Positions 20,219-30,055 of a stretch of DNA of 64,000 bases are shown piece after piece. Under the pieces are notes generated by a model, which ran no database searches, was not told the DNA's origin, and saw only the letters and a program-made list of their open reading frames with translations. Numbering within the stretch: position 1 is the stretch's first letter; every line of letters begins with the position of its first letter. This DNA comes from an uncultured Gammaproteobacteria bacterium (GTDB lineage Bacteria > Patescibacteriota > Patescibacteriia > Magasanikbacterales > GWA2-37-8): the NCBI GenBank assembly GCA_964641245.1, contig CAZXML010000001.1, positions 127,959 through 191,958 of the forward strand. Direction: 5' to 3'. The position numbers and the translations under genes were made by a program.

Positions 20219-22147
20219 CTAAAATTTCAAAACTGCCAAAGCGCCCTCAGCCATTGCCTCTGTTACCTGTTGCGGCTGCTTTGCGTCACCAACCAACACT
20301 ACTTCATTAAGAATACCCTTAAGCTCATCCGCCAAATGATTGTTGGATACAGAGCCAAGACAAATTACAACGGTATCAACAATTATTTCCCTGCCCTTTG
20401 CTTCGCCTTCCTGGATAAGAACACCGTTATCGCGAATTTCCAAAACCTTGGATCTGGTAAACATTTTTACATTTAATTTTTTTAACCGTTCTAAAAAAAG
20501 AGCTCTGTCGTCTATGGGCGCGCCCATAGCAATATCTTGCAGCACCTCCACAATAGTAACGTCATGACCATTCTCAGCTAAAAATTCCGCTGTTTGCGCG
20601 CCCGCACAACCACCACCAAGTACGACCACCGATTTACCTGCTGTAGCGTGGCCTGATAAAATCGCGCGGTTAGTTACCACATTTTTTCCGTCAATGCCGA
20701 TAATATTTGGTATTTTCTCGATAGAACCAATAGCCACTATCACCACGTCCGGTTTTTCTTTTACGACCAATTCCTTGGTGAAATTTGTTTTTAAATGAAT
20801 TGTTATATCCATTTTCTTTACGGCACATGTTAAATATTCCCGCAGCTCTTTCCATCCCTGGCGGTGTGGCGCAACCTCGGCCAAAAAAAGCTGGCCGCCT
20901 AGTTTATCTGTTTTTTCATATAAAATCACTTCATGTCCGCGTTCGGCGGCTGTTTTGGCAGCCGAGAGTCCGGCCGGCCCCCCGCCGACTACCACAATTT
21001 TTCTTCGTTTTTTGGGCGCGACAGCAAACTCTAATTCGCGCCCCGTTTGCGGATTAGTTGTGCACCAAACATCTTTTTGCGCAAATAATCGGCTAATACA
21101 ACCTTCGTTGCAACTAATACAATGATTAATTTCTTCCAGCTTATTATTTTTTACTTTATTCGGCCAATTTGGATCCGCTAAAAGCGTACGCCCAATCGCC
21201 ACAAAATCCGCTTTACCCTGCTTGATTATGTTTTCAGCCATTTCCGGAAAACGAATTTTACCTACCGCTATCACCGGAATTTTTACCACCTTTTTTACAG
21301 CTTCAGCCAAATGCAACAATGGAGCGTCCGGAACAGCCATTGGCGGAATCATGCGGCCCTGCGAATACGACGCGTAGTTTCCCACAGAAATATGCAATGC
21401 GTTTGCGCCTACCTCCTCCAAACGCTTGGCGATAATTTTTGTGTCTTCTATAGTAAGTCCGCCATCAACCATTTCTTCTCCGGAAAGACGCACGATGATA
21501 GGAAAATCTTTCCCCACCGCCAATCTTACGCTTTCATATACATCCAACATAAATTTCATTCTTTCATCCAAACTGCCGCCATATTCATCCTGCCGCTGAT
21601 TGCTAAAAGAAGAAAGAAATTGAGTTATAAGGTAACCGTGCGCGCCGTGAATTTCTACAAAATCACAACCAGCCTCTTTGGCGCGGGTCCCAGCCTCTCC
21701 GTAAGCCTTTACCAGTCTGTTTATTTCCTTATGATCAAGTTCGCGCGGTACCTCGTTTATTGTTGGATCGGCTACCGGCGATGGAGCCAACGGTTGCTTG
21801 CCGGTGGTTTTTGATGACGTTTGTCTGCCAGCATGATATAGCTGGGGACCAATAACGGCGCCATACTCATGGGCAACATCGACTAATCTTTTTAATCCCG
21901 GAATTACCTTATCGGAATGAATACCAAGTTCGTTTACAAAACCCTTGCCCTCCGGGCTAATAAAACTAGCTTCCAGAATTATGGTGCCTACTCCCCCCTT
22001 GGCAATATTTTGTATGTGCGCAACGTATCTGTCTGTGACAAAACCGTTGGTATCAGCATAGTTTCGTACCATAGGAGGCATTACCAGCCGATTTTTGACT
22101 GATAGTTTTCCAATTATGCCGGCTGAAAAAAGTTTGGGATATGCCAT
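20219..22147 (-). CDS. NADH:flavin oxidoreductase (Old Yellow Enzyme barrel + Fe-S + FAD/NAD domain; enoate/2,4-dienoyl-CoA reductase-like)
   Basis: QLYHAGR, EIHGAHGYL, NQRQDEYGGS, CISCNEGC...C, VVGGGPAG. Confidence 0.92.
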   Translation of the reverse strand: MAYPKLFSAGIIGKLSVKNRLVMPPMVRNYADTNGFVTDRYVAHIQNIAKGGVGTIILEASFISPEGKGFVNELGIHSDKVIPGLKRLVDVAHEYGAVIGPQLYHAGRQTSSKTTGKQPLAPSPVADPTINEVPRELDHKEINRLVKAYGEAGTRAKEAGCDFVEIHGAHGYLITQFLSSFSNQRQDEYGGSLDERMKFMLDVYESVRLAVGKDFPIIVRLSGEEMVDGGLTIEDTKIIAKRLEEVGANALHISVGNYASYSQGRMIPPMAVPDAPLLHLAEAVKKVVKIPVIAVGKIRFPEMAENIIKQGKADFVAIGRTLLADPNWPNKVKNNKLEEINHCISCNEGCISRLFAQKDVWCTTNPQTGRELEFAVAPKKRRKIVVVGGGPAGLSAAKTAAERGHEVILYEKTDKLGGQLFLAEVAPHRQGWKELREYLTCAVKKMDITIHLKTNFTKELVVKEKPDVVIVAIGSIEKIPNIIGIDGKNVVTNRAILSGHATAGKSVVVLGGGCAGAQTAEFLAENGHDVTIVEVLQDIAMGAPIDDRALFLERLKKLNVKMFTRSKVLEIRDNGVLIQEGEAKGREIIVDTVVICLGSVSNNHLADELKGILNEVVLVGDAKQPQQVTEAMAEGALAVLKF

Positions 22148-22268
22148 ACAAATTAAAGTTTACAAACTCTCTTTGATAATATACTCCAACATGGCGCTAA
22201 ATTCAATCCCCGCCTTTCCGGCAGCCTTTGGGAATAAACTAGTGGAAGTCATGCCAGGAACGGAAAAT

Positions 22269-22300
22269 TTGTTAATTGCTAATTGTTTTTTGTTAATTAG
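22269..22300. repeat. degenerate 7-mer tandem repeat (TTGTTAA family), intergenic
   Basis: TTGTTAA TTGCTAA TTGTTTT TTGTTAA TTAG. Confidence 0.7.
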
Positions 22301-22304
22301 TTTA

Positions 22305-23513
22305 CTACAAATATCCCATCGGATCTACCGGTATTCCGTTTAGACGCACCTCGAAATGTAAATGCGGACCGGTAACAAACGGTCCGGCGCCCACAGTACC
22401 CGGTCTGCCTCCGGAATAACCAATTATATCCCCTTTATTCACAAACTGATCGCCGGCCACATCGATTCGGCTCAAATGTCCGTACAGAGTTGATAAATTA
22501 CCGGTATGCACAATTAAAACATAAGCGTAACAGCTTGCCAAGCTACAAACCTTTGCCCGCGCCACATAACCGGCGGCTGCAGCCCGTACAGGCGTACCTT
22601 GTGAAGCGCGGATGTCTATAGCGCTATGCTCAAAAACATTTCTAAAAGGATAATCCGGATCGTGAAAGGTGGCAGTGATGGTTCTGTTTGGTAGCGGCCA
22701 GAAAAACGGCCCCACACTGTCTCCCAGTTTATTTTGTTGAGCCAGTTTTTTCCTTACCTGGTCTTCATAGGCGCGCTGTTCGTTTATTACAGCCTGGTAT
22801 TGCTGTTTTAAACTAGACAAAAGTGTTTTATATTTTAATTCGGATGATTTGGTCTGTACCAACAGATTCTCCTTTGCTTTAGACTGATCCGTTAGTTTTA
22901 GCCGCTTACCTTCCAATTCCGCTTTTAAATTTTCGTATGTTTTCTTTTTAGCCTCTACTTGTTTTTGCTTGGCTTGCAAATCCTCTTTTACCAGGCGCAA
23001 AACCTTAATTGATTTACCTAAATCCGTATAAACATTGGTTGTATATTGTAATTGATCATAAAATTCGGCAAAGTTATTGTTGGTTAGAAGCACCTCCAGA
23101 TAATTTTTTCGCTTGTCAGCGTTTATGCTTTGGATTATTTTTGTAATAATTGCTTTTTGTTTTTCCATCGCCGCTTCCTTGCCGGAAATTGTAAGTTGCA
23201 GTGCCTCTATCTCCAGTTGAGCCTGTTTAATTTTTTCCTGGGTCAGTTCTATGTCTGTTTCCGCTTTGTTAATATGATTATCCAAAATACTAAGTTGGTT
23301 TTTAAGAGAAACAGCCTCGGTTTGCTTTTGAGCAATATTTCTGTTGTATTTTGCGATGGTGTCTTCCAGTTCTTTTATCTTGTCCTTTTTTTCCGCAATT
23401 TGTTTATTCAATTGTTCAATTTCGGAAGACACGGACGCGGTTTGAGCGTACGCAAAAACCGGGCTGGACAGCAACCCCGCTATAACCAAAAAAAGTACCA
23501 GGATTTTTTTCAT
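22305..23513 (-). CDS. coiled-coil M23 peptidase (EnvC/MepM-like murein hydrolase)
   Basis: Signal peptide, long coiled coil, HSAID, YGHL, TGPHLHFEVR. Confidence 0.92.
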   Translation of the reverse strand: MKKILVLFLVIAGLLSSPVFAYAQTASVSSEIEQLNKQIAEKKDKIKELEDTIAKYNRNIAQKQTEAVSLKNQLSILDNHINKAETDIELTQEKIKQAQLEIEALQLTISGKEAAMEKQKAIITKIIQSINADKRKNYLEVLLTNNNFAEFYDQLQYTTNVYTDLGKSIKVLRLVKEDLQAKQKQVEAKKKTYENLKAELEGKRLKLTDQSKAKENLLVQTKSSELKYKTLLSSLKQQYQAVINEQRAYEDQVRKKLAQQNKLGDSVGPFFWPLPNRTITATFHDPDYPFRNVFEHSAIDIRASQGTPVRAAAAGYVARAKVCSLASCYAYVLIVHTGNLSTLYGHLSRIDVAGDQFVNKGDIIGYSGGRPGTVGAGPFVTGPHLHFEVRLNGIPVDPMGYL

Positions 23514-23551
23514 AGATATAGTATATCACCAAAGAAGCTTTGCCCCAAATT

Positions 23552-25024
23552 TTAGGACAACTTTTTAATTGCCAAATGAAGTCTGTTTAAAGATTCGTCT
23601 TTTCCCAACACCTCCGCAATTTCAAATGGCCCGGGAGATTTATCCTGTCCGGATAAAGATGCGCGCATTGGCCAAAGGACAGAACCGGTTGAATACGCCA
23701 TCTGCGCAATCCACTCCCCTATCTTTTGTTCCAGTTTTTCCTTATTCCAGTCTTGAACACTTATTGTATTCATAAATTCCGCAAGGGTTGGCAAAATTTT
23801 CTTCACCTCTTCCGCAGAACTTTTTTTCCAAACCAGCAAATCGGCCGCGTAATCAGGCAAGTCAAAAATAAATTTAATAGCATTTGGCAATTCAGACAAT
23901 ACTGTAATTCGTTCTTTCTCCAATGCGACGGCCTTCGTCAACAATTCAATTTGCTCTTTGTTAATTGTTAATTGTTCATTAACCCACGGCATGCTAATTT
24001 CTACAAGCTGAGCATTGGATAATAACTTTATATACTGTTTATTAAACCAATCCAACTTATCGCCATTAAAGACCGCTCCGGTTTTGACTGCCTTGGATAA
24101 ATCAAAATCTTGAACAAGCTCGTCCAGACTGTACATTTCTTTTTCCGTTCCCGGGTTCCAGCCCAAAAAAGCCACAAAATTTATTAAGGCTTCAGGTAAA
24201 TAACCTTTCTTAATATAATCATCCACAGCCACATCGCCTTGGCGTTTGCTTAATTTAGATTTATCAGAATTAAGCAATAAAGACAGGTGCGCCATTTGTG
24301 GAACTTCCCAACCAAAATATTTATATATCTGTAAATGCTTAGGCAAACTACTAATCCATTCATCACCTCTAATTACGTGAGTGATTTCCATCAGATGATC
24401 GTCCACCACTACTGCAAAATGATATGTCGGGTAGCCATCAGATTTAATCAGCACCTGATCATCAATCAATTCATTTTTAAATCTTATTTCACCATGAATT
24501 AAATCCGTAAATACAGTTTCGCCGGTCTTCGGCATTTTCAACCGCACCACGCATTTTTCTCCGCCTTCCGCCCGCTTTTTTGCTTCGGTTGGGCCAAGAG
24601 ATAAACATTGACCATCGTAACCGGTAGGTAATTTTTTAGCCGTCTGCTCCTCCCGCAATTGCGTTAATCTTTCCGTTGTACAAAAACAATAATAAGCATG
24701 CCCGGCCTCTAAAAGCTTATTAACATGTTTCCTATATATAGGAAGGCGCTCCGATTGTGTATAAGGCCCATTTTCACCAACTTCACCAATCTTGCCTTCT
24801 TCACCCATCACCACCCCTTCATCCGGTGATAACCCCGCCCAATTTAAGGATTTCAAAATATTGGCCACAGCATCGGCTACATAACGCTCGCGGTCCGTGT
24901 CTTCTATGCGCAAAATAAATTTCCCGCCATGTTTTTTGGCAAATAAATATGAATACAAAGCGGTGCGGAGTCCGCCGACATGCAGATAACCAGTGGGGCT
25001 GGGAGCGAAACGAGTTTTGATCAT
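23552..25024 (-). CDS. gltX: glutamate--tRNA ligase
   Basis: RFAPSPTGYLHVGG, RIEDTD, HVIRGDEW, KLSKR. Confidence 0.97.
   Translation of the reverse strand: MIKTRFAPSPTGYLHVGGLRTALYSYLFAKKHGGKFILRIEDTDRERYVADAVANILKSLNWAGLSPDEGVVMGEEGKIGEVGENGPYTQSERLPIYRKHVNKLLEAGHAYYCFCTTERLTQLREEQTAKKLPTGYDGQCLSLGPTEAKKRAEGGEKCVVRLKMPKTGETVFTDLIHGEIRFKNELIDDQVLIKSDGYPTYHFAVVVDDHLMEITHVIRGDEWISSLPKHLQIYKYFGWEVPQMAHLSLLLNSDKSKLSKRQGDVAVDDYIKKGYLPEALINFVAFLGWNPGTEKEMYSLDELVQDFDLSKAVKTGAVFNGDKLDWFNKQYIKLLSNAQLVEISMPWVNEQLTINKEQIELLTKAVALEKERITVLSELPNAIKFIFDLPDYAADLLVWKKSSAEEVKKILPTLAEFMNTISVQDWNKEKLEQKIGEWIAQMAYSTGSVLWPMRASLSGQDKSPGPFEIAEVLGKDESLNRLHLAIKKLS
23951..23980. repeat. 7-mer tandem repeat inside the gltX coding sequence
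   Basis: Sense strand AATGAAC AATTAAC AATTAAC AAAGAGC (peptide NEQLTINKEQ); same family as the intergenic array at 56195-56258. Confidence 0.65.
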
Positions 25025-25028
25025 AATT

Positions 25029-25109
25029 GAAATGAGTGAGTGAAATATTTAGCTTGCTAAAATATTTTCGAGCGAATAAGTTTATTTGGGCATTACTTAG
25101 CCCTATAAT
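25029..25109 (-). repeat. ~80-bp intergenic palindromic element, copy 1 (4 nt upstream of the gltX ATG)
   Basis: 50/57 identity over the first 57 nt to 54185-54241; internal palindrome AAATATTTAGC-TT-GCTAAAATATTT. Confidence 0.85.
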
Positions 25110-25114
25110 TAAAT

Positions 25115-25909
25115 CTATACTTTTGATTTTAATAGTTCAAGTATTTTTAAAGAACCTTCATACAATTTACTCTTCCATTGTCTGCCACCCTCCGGAATGG
25201 GCATAACCGCATTTGTATCTATTAGCCTTAGACCGTGTTCTGTAAATAATAAATTATTTAATTTAGCGCAATCATATGGGAAATATTTATTCTCGGCCCG
25301 AATGTCCGTTATTTTTTTTATAAATATAGGGAGCTCACGCTTAAGTCTATCTATTACTTCCGGTGAAAAAGCGCTTTTTATGTATACAATAAATTTATTT
25401 AGGCATTCTATTGCCACTAACTTGTCTTCCTTAACTCCCCAATGATAATACCTATATATAGGTTCCATAAATGCAGAATCCCTTGCCATGCTTGCCGTGC
25501 TGGCTTCACTAAGGCGGGGCTGAATCTCATATATAATTTTTTTATTAGTTTTCTCATCTCTGCCAATAACAAACTGTGTCGGCACAATCAGTTCCGGTAA
25601 GGAATCGGCAAAGTAATTCTTCATAATTAAATTTCGATGTTTCAATTCTTTTGCGATTCCCCCAACAGAAATTTCTTTTTTCAATTCTTTCGACCCCTCC
25701 AAAAATAATTCCCTGGCCAAATTCATAGGTTGATCTGAAGAGCGGTATTGTTTTATAACATAACCCTGCGGAACTTTTTCTCTTATACTCTCGGGCAGAT
25801 TTTCCAAATTACCAACTTCTACAAAACTCCCGCCACCATACTTATCACTCTCTAAAGGACCGACTTTAATTTCGGGATTAAGAAAATTTGGCCTAAACTT
25901 TTCTGTCAT
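25115..25909 (-). CDS. hypothetical protein with a protein-kinase-like motif pattern
   Basis: GGGSF (Gly loop), VIKQY, YEIQP, DCAKLNNLL, LIDT. Confidence 0.55.
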   Translation of the reverse strand: MTEKFRPNFLNPEIKVGPLESDKYGGGSFVEVGNLENLPESIREKVPQGYVIKQYRSSDQPMNLARELFLEGSKELKKEISVGGIAKELKHRNLIMKNYFADSLPELIVPTQFVIGRDEKTNKKIIYEIQPRLSEASTASMARDSAFMEPIYRYYHWGVKEDKLVAIECLNKFIVYIKSAFSPEVIDRLKRELPIFIKKITDIRAENKYFPYDCAKLNNLLFTEHGLRLIDTNAVMPIPEGGRQWKSKLYEGSLKILELLKSKV

Positions 25910-25917
25910 ATACAAAA

Positions 25918-26733
25918 TTATAGCATTCTTTCTCTAAGCGCTAAATAAGTAAATTTTGCCGTTGCGTTAAATATCCGCACAAATCGTCGAGGCTCCTGAA
26001 TCAATCGATACACCCATTCTAACCCAATTTGGCGTAAAAATAAAGGGGCGCGTTTTACTTTTCCGGAAATAAAATCAAATGACCCGCCCACGCCCATGGC
26101 TATTTTTACACACGGCATTTTTGATAGGTTTTCGTGAATCCATTTTTCTTGCTTGCCCATGCCAAAGGCGACGAAGAGGATGTCGGGGTTTGATTGGTTA
26201 ATTTGTTGAATGGTTGAATTGATGCCGGCGACGAAAACCCCCTCTTCTGTTCTCCCCCTTATAGGGGGAGAGACCGCAGCGAACAGCAACGTGTCGCTCC
26301 CTCCCCTATAAGGGGAGGGACAGTGGGTGGGGTTTTGTTCGTCAATCGCTGGACCCCTATCGAAACCAGAGATCTTTAAACTAGGAAACTTTTTCTGCAA
26401 TTCCTCTGCCGTTCTCTTCACTGTTTCGTCACTCCCCGAACCTAACAAATAAACACTCATCCCTAACTCACCGGCTACCCTACAAATCTCTAACATAAAA
26501 TCTACCCCTGGGACTCTTTTAATTCCAGTAAAAATCTGTAAACCCATCCCATCGCACAAATTCAAATCGCTGGAATTTAAAACCTTTTTAAAATATTCGT
26601 CTTTTTGCGCCTTCACTACAAATTCCGGATTGGGAGTAAAAATTGTATGTTGGCCACCATGCAAAAAATCCACGACTTTTTGTAGTGCGGTTTCTTTGGT
26701 ATCTCCGTCAATTTTTATACCCAAAAATTGCAT
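25918..26733 (-). CDS. WecG/TagA/CpsF family glycosyltransferase, carrying a repeat-derived insertion
   Basis: TPNPE, DGMG, RVPGVD, VAFGMGKQEKW, GVGGSFD, GLEWVYRLIQEPRR. ATG 26733 preferred. Confidence 0.93.
   Translation of the reverse strand: MQFLGIKIDGDTKETALQKVVDFLHGGQHTIFTPNPEFVVKAQKDEYFKKVLNSSDLNLCDGMGLQIFTGIKRVPGVDFMLEICRVAGELGMSVYLLGSGSDETVKRTAEELQKKFPSLKISGFDRGPAIDEQNPTHCPSPYRGGSDTLLFAAVSPPIRGRTEEGVFVAGINSTIQQINQSNPDILFVAFGMGKQEKWIHENLSKMPCVKIAMGVGGSFDFISGKVKRAPLFLRQIGLEWVYRLIQEPRRFVRIFNATAKFTYLALRERML
26234..26336. repeat. paired CCCCT/AGGGG palindromic element inserted in frame in the WecG gene
   Basis: Hairpins TCTCCCCCT-TAT-AGGGGGAGA (26251-26271) and TCCCTCCCCT-ATA-AGGGGAGGGA (26298-26320), bounded by AAAACCCC and GGGGTTTT. 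Confidence 0.9.
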
Positions 26734-26757
26734 AATATGGTAAAATTGTACCATGCC

Positions 26758-26785
26758 TTGACACTTTTTAACAAGATGGTATAGT
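26758..26785 (+). promoter_or_regulatory. sigma70 promoter of clpB
   Basis: TTGACA-16 bp-TATAGT with a TG extended -10. Confidence 0.7.
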
Positions 26786-26786
26786 A

Positions 26787-26813
26787 TTATCACTCAACTC
26801 GTATGAGTGATAA
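26787..26813. promoter_or_regulatory. CIRCE-like operator (HrcA)
   Basis: TTATCACTC-N9-GAGTGATAA, a perfect inverted repeat; canonical CIRCE is TTAGCACTC-N9-GAGTGCTAA. It lies between the promoter and clpB. Confidence 0.88.
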
Positions 26814-26834
26814 TAACTAAGCCTGATAATATCT

Positions 26835-29468
26835 ATGATTCCTCAAAATTTTACCAACAAATCCCAAGAAATCATCCAAAACGCGGCCAGAATAGCCTAC
26901 GAAAACGGCCAGGGGCAAATAGAGCCTCCTCACCTGTTTTTTGCTTTGTTGGAAGACACCGACGGGGTGGTTGTTTCGGTTTTGCACAAATTTAACGCCA
27001 ATATTATCGCCTTAAAAGCGGGCGCTCAATCATTAATAGACAAACTACCCAAACAACCCGGCTCTATGCCTGCCGGCGGCGTGGGTCAAATTTTGCTAAG
27101 TCAGTCCATGCTTTATCTTTTTCAAACCGCGGTTAGCGAAGCCAAAAAAATGGGCGATGAATATATAAGCGTAGAACATTTATTTCTGGCATTTCTAGTA
27201 GGACATAATCCGATTAGTGATTTACTGGCCATAAGCGGAGTAAACTACGACCAAGCATTAAAAATTCTGGCCGGAATCCGCGGTACGCAAAAAGTAGACA
27301 GCCCGGAACCGGAAAGCAAATATAATGTTCTGGAAAAATACGGAAAAAATTTAACCGACTTGGCTTTTAAGGAAAAACTGGATCCAGTTATCGGGCGCGA
27401 TGATGAAATCCGGCGCGTTATGCAAATTCTAACCAGACGCACCAAAAATAATCCGGTTTTAATCGGCGAACCCGGCACGGGAAAAACCGCCATCGCCGAA
27501 GGTTTGGCGCAAAGAATTGTCAACGGCGATGTTCCGGAATCATTAAAAAATAAACAGGTAATAGCTCTGGACATTGGCGCCCTTTTGGCCGGCACAAAAT
27601 TCCGCGGAGAATTTGAAGACCGTTTGAAAGCGGTACTAAAAGAAATTGACGAATCAGCCGGAAAAATAATTTTATTCATGGATGAATTGCACACCATTGT
27701 TGGCGCGGGCTCTTCCGAAGGTTCCGTAGACGCATCCAACATGCTTAAACCGGCACTCGCCCGCGGAACTTTGCATGCCATTGGCGCCACCACTTTAAAA
27801 GAATATCAAAAATATATAGAAAAAGATGCCGCCCTGGAACGCCGTTTTCAACCGGTTATGGTAAATGAACCGTCCCGCGATGACGCTATCGCCATCCTGC
27901 GCGGTATCAAAGAAAAATACGAAGTGCATCACGGCGTCCGCATTACCGACTCGGCCATTTTGGCGGCGGTTGATTTATCTATGCGCTACATTTCCGACCG
28001 CTTCCTGCCGGACAAGGCTATAGATTTAATTGATGAAGCCACGTCCGCGTTGCGCATGCAAATAGACTCCATGCCGGATGAATTGGATAAAATGAAACGG
28101 GCCATGATTAAACTGGAAATAGAAAAACGGGCGTTAAAAAAGGAAAAAGAAAAGGAAGCCCAGGAACGTTTGGCCAAACTGGAAAAAGATTTGGCGGAAT
28201 TAAAAGATAAAAGTTCCGAATTGGAGGCGCGCTGGAGAAATGAAAAAGAAATCATCACCGGTATTCACAAACATAAAAAAGAAATAGAACACATCCGCCA
28301 GAACGCGGAAATAGAAGAAAGAAAAGGCGACTTGCAAAAAGTGGCCGAGATTAGATATGGAAAAATTCCCACTTTAGAAGCGCAAATTCGCCAGGAAGAA
28401 AAAAAATTGGCCGAACTGCAAAAAACCAACGGCATTCTAAAAGAAGAGGTCACCGAACAAGACATTGCCCGCGTGGTGGCTCGCTGGACCGGCATTCCGG
28501 TTTCCAAAATGCTAAAAGGCGAGGCCGACAAATTGGTACATATGGAGGACGAACTGGCCCAACGCGTGGTGGGTCAGGAAGAAGCCGTCAAAGCCGTGGC
28601 TAACGCCATCCGTCGTTCACGCGCCGGCATTTCCGAACCCAACCGCCCGATTGGTTCCTTTATCTTTTTGGGCCCGACTGGTGTAGGCAAAACCGAACTG
28701 GCCAAAGGGCTGGCGGAATTTATGTTTAACACCGAAGATTCATTGGTGCGCGTAGATATGAGCGAATATATGGAAAAACACGCGGTTTCCAAAATCATCG
28801 GCTCCCCTCCCGGTTATGTGGGCTTTGAAGAAGGCGGCCAGCTTACCGAAATTGTGCGTCGCAAACCATATTCCGTAATTTTATTTGATGAAATAGAAAA
28901 AGCGCATCCGGATGTGTTTAATATTTTGTTGCAGATTCTGGATGACGGCCATGTAACGGATGCCAAAGGACGGAAAGTAAATTTCAAAAATACCGTCGTC
29001 ATTATGACCAGCAACATTGGCAGTAATTTGATTTTAGATTGGAATAAAAAAGGCGAATTTGGTTTTGCGGGTTCTGAAGCCAAAAGAGGCGAAAAAAGCA
29101 TGCGCGACAAAATTATGGAAGGCCTACGTGAACACTTTAAACCGGAATTTTTAAACCGCGTAGACGAAATAATTATTTTCCATTCTTTAACCGAAAAAGA
29201 TATCGCCAGAATTGTGGAACTGCAATTAGAAAAAGTACAGGCCCGTCTTAATGAACAAAAAATAAATCTGACAATAGACGCCAGCGCCAAAAAATACTTG
29301 GCTAAAAAAGGCTTTGATGAAAATTACGGCGCCCGCCCACTTAAACGCTTAATTCAAAGCGAACTGCTGGACGAACTGGCCATGCAAATTATAGAAAAGA
29401 AGTTTAAAGACGGAGATAAAATACAAGTCAGCGCCAGTAAAAATAAAATTGTGCTAGAAAAATACTAG
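26835..29468 (+). CDS. clpB: ATP-dependent chaperone ClpB
   Basis: Clp N domain, [18 protein letters not shown], long coiled-coil M domain, [16 protein letters not shown]. Confidence 0.97.
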   Translation: MIPQNFTNKSQEIIQNAARIAYENGQGQIEPPHLFFALLEDTDGVVVSVLHKFNANIIALKAGAQSLIDKLPKQPGSMPAGGVGQILLSQSMLYLFQTAVSEAKKMGDEYISVEHLFLAFLVGHNPISDLLAISGVNYDQALKILAGIRGTQKVDSPEPESKYNVLEKYGKNLTDLAFKEKLDPVIGRDDEIRRVMQILTRRTKNNPVLIGEPGTGKTAIAEGLAQRIVNGDVPESLKNKQVIALDIGALLAGTKFRGEFEDRLKAVLKEIDESAGKIILFMDELHTIVGAGSSEGSVDASNMLKPALARGTLHAIGATTLKEYQKYIEKDAALERRFQPVMVNEPSRDDAIAILRGIKEKYEVHHGVRITDSAILAAVDLSMRYISDRFLPDKAIDLIDEATSALRMQIDSMPDELDKMKRAMIKLEIEKRALKKEKEKEAQERLAKLEKDLAELKDKSSELEARWRNEKEIITGIHKHKKEIEHIRQNAEIEERKGDLQKVAEIRYGKIPTLEAQIRQEEKKLAELQKTNGILKEEVTEQDIARVVARWTGIPVSKMLKGEADKLVHMEDELAQRVVGQEEAVKAVANAIRRSRAGISEPNRPIGSFIFLGPTGVGKTELAKGLAEFMFNTEDSLVRVDMSEYMEKHAVSKIIGSPPGYVGFEEGGQLTEIVRRKPYSVILFDEIEKAHPDVFNILLQILDDGHVTDAKGRKVNFKNTVVIMTSNIGSNLILDWNKKGEFGFAGSEAKRGEKSMRDKIMEGLREHFKPEFLNRVDEIIIFHSLTEKDIARIVELQLEKVQARLNEQKINLTIDASAKKYLAKKGFDENYGARPLKRLIQSELLDELAMQIIEKKFKDGDKIQVSASKNKIVLEKY

Positions 29469-29480
29469 GGTATTTTTCAT

Positions 29481-29526
29481 ACACGCTCGGAAATTAAAAT
29501 TAATTTTAATTTCTCTCGCTTTGTGT
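29481..29526. repeat. palindromic element related to the 25029/54185 family
   Basis: CGCTC, then the perfect 24-bp palindrome GAAATTAAAATTAATTTTAATTTC (29490-29513), then TCTCGCT. Confidence 0.65.
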
Positions 29527-29567
29527 AAAAAATAAAAGGCTCCGCATGTTTTCACACGCCAGAGCCC
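29527..29567 (-). terminator. probable intrinsic terminator of the orphan gene 29606-29971
   Basis: Minus strand GGGCTC...GAGCC followed by TTTTATTTTT. Confidence 0.45.
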
Positions 29568-29605
29568 GATGACTTAGAAAATCGACGACACGAATGTCGC
29601 TTGTC

Positions 29606-29971
29606 CTACGAATCGATTTTCATTTCTTCCCCGCCAACATAAGTTTTCACTCCCTTTATTTTATCAATCAGCTCATCCAGCGTTGGTCTTGGCGCGCCTT
29701 GCTGCCCCGCAAATCTTTCCTCCACATGCGGATCATCTTTCGGCCAAGCATACATGACAATCGCTTCACCACCAGCCACAAAACAAGGACCGTCCGTCAC
29801 CCAATCTTTGGGGAGGTGCTTCTCAAAGAGCCAGCTGATGCGCCTCACTTCTTCTTCCCAGCCTTTGTTTGGCCATTTTGTCGTTACCCCAAAACCACTC
29901 CAAGATTCCCACACACAAAAGCCGCGCAGATGCCAGAAAGTGAGCCAAAAAATCGACTTGTTCTCCTTCAT
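29606..29971 (-). CDS. hypothetical orphan protein (Trp-rich, 121 aa)
   Basis: AAGGAG SD before the ATG, its own promoter and a downstream hairpin. Confidence 0.65.
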   Translation of the reverse strand: MKENKSIFWLTFWHLRGFCVWESWSGFGVTTKWPNKGWEEEVRRISWLFEKHLPKDWVTDGPCFVAGGEAIVMYAWPKDDPHVEERFAGQQGAPRPTLDELIDKIKGVKTYVGGEEMKIDS

Positions 29972-29992
29972 TTTCCTATCTCCTTTACCGCT

Positions 29993-30021
29993 ACCATAGC
30001 GAGATTCTTACCCTTTGTCAA
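29993..30021 (-). promoter_or_regulatory. sigma70 promoter of the orphan gene
   Basis: Minus strand TTGACA-17 bp-TATGGT. Confidence 0.7.
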
Positions 30022-30055
30022 ACTCAAAACTTTATGATACTATTGATGGGTAAAT

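Noticed and set aside
22148-22170. Rex operator upstream of the fermentation operon
   Set aside because: Only one half-site-like TTGTAAA is present, with no matching inverted arm.
27245-29290. Long antisense ORFs opposite clpB (and similar ones opposite mreB, the oxidoreductases and pif1)
   Set aside because: They mirror conserved sense genes and show no motifs or start signals.
29594-30037. 147-aa + strand ORF overlapping the 121-aa minus-strand orphan
   Set aside because: The promoter, SD and terminator all support the minus-strand ORF.
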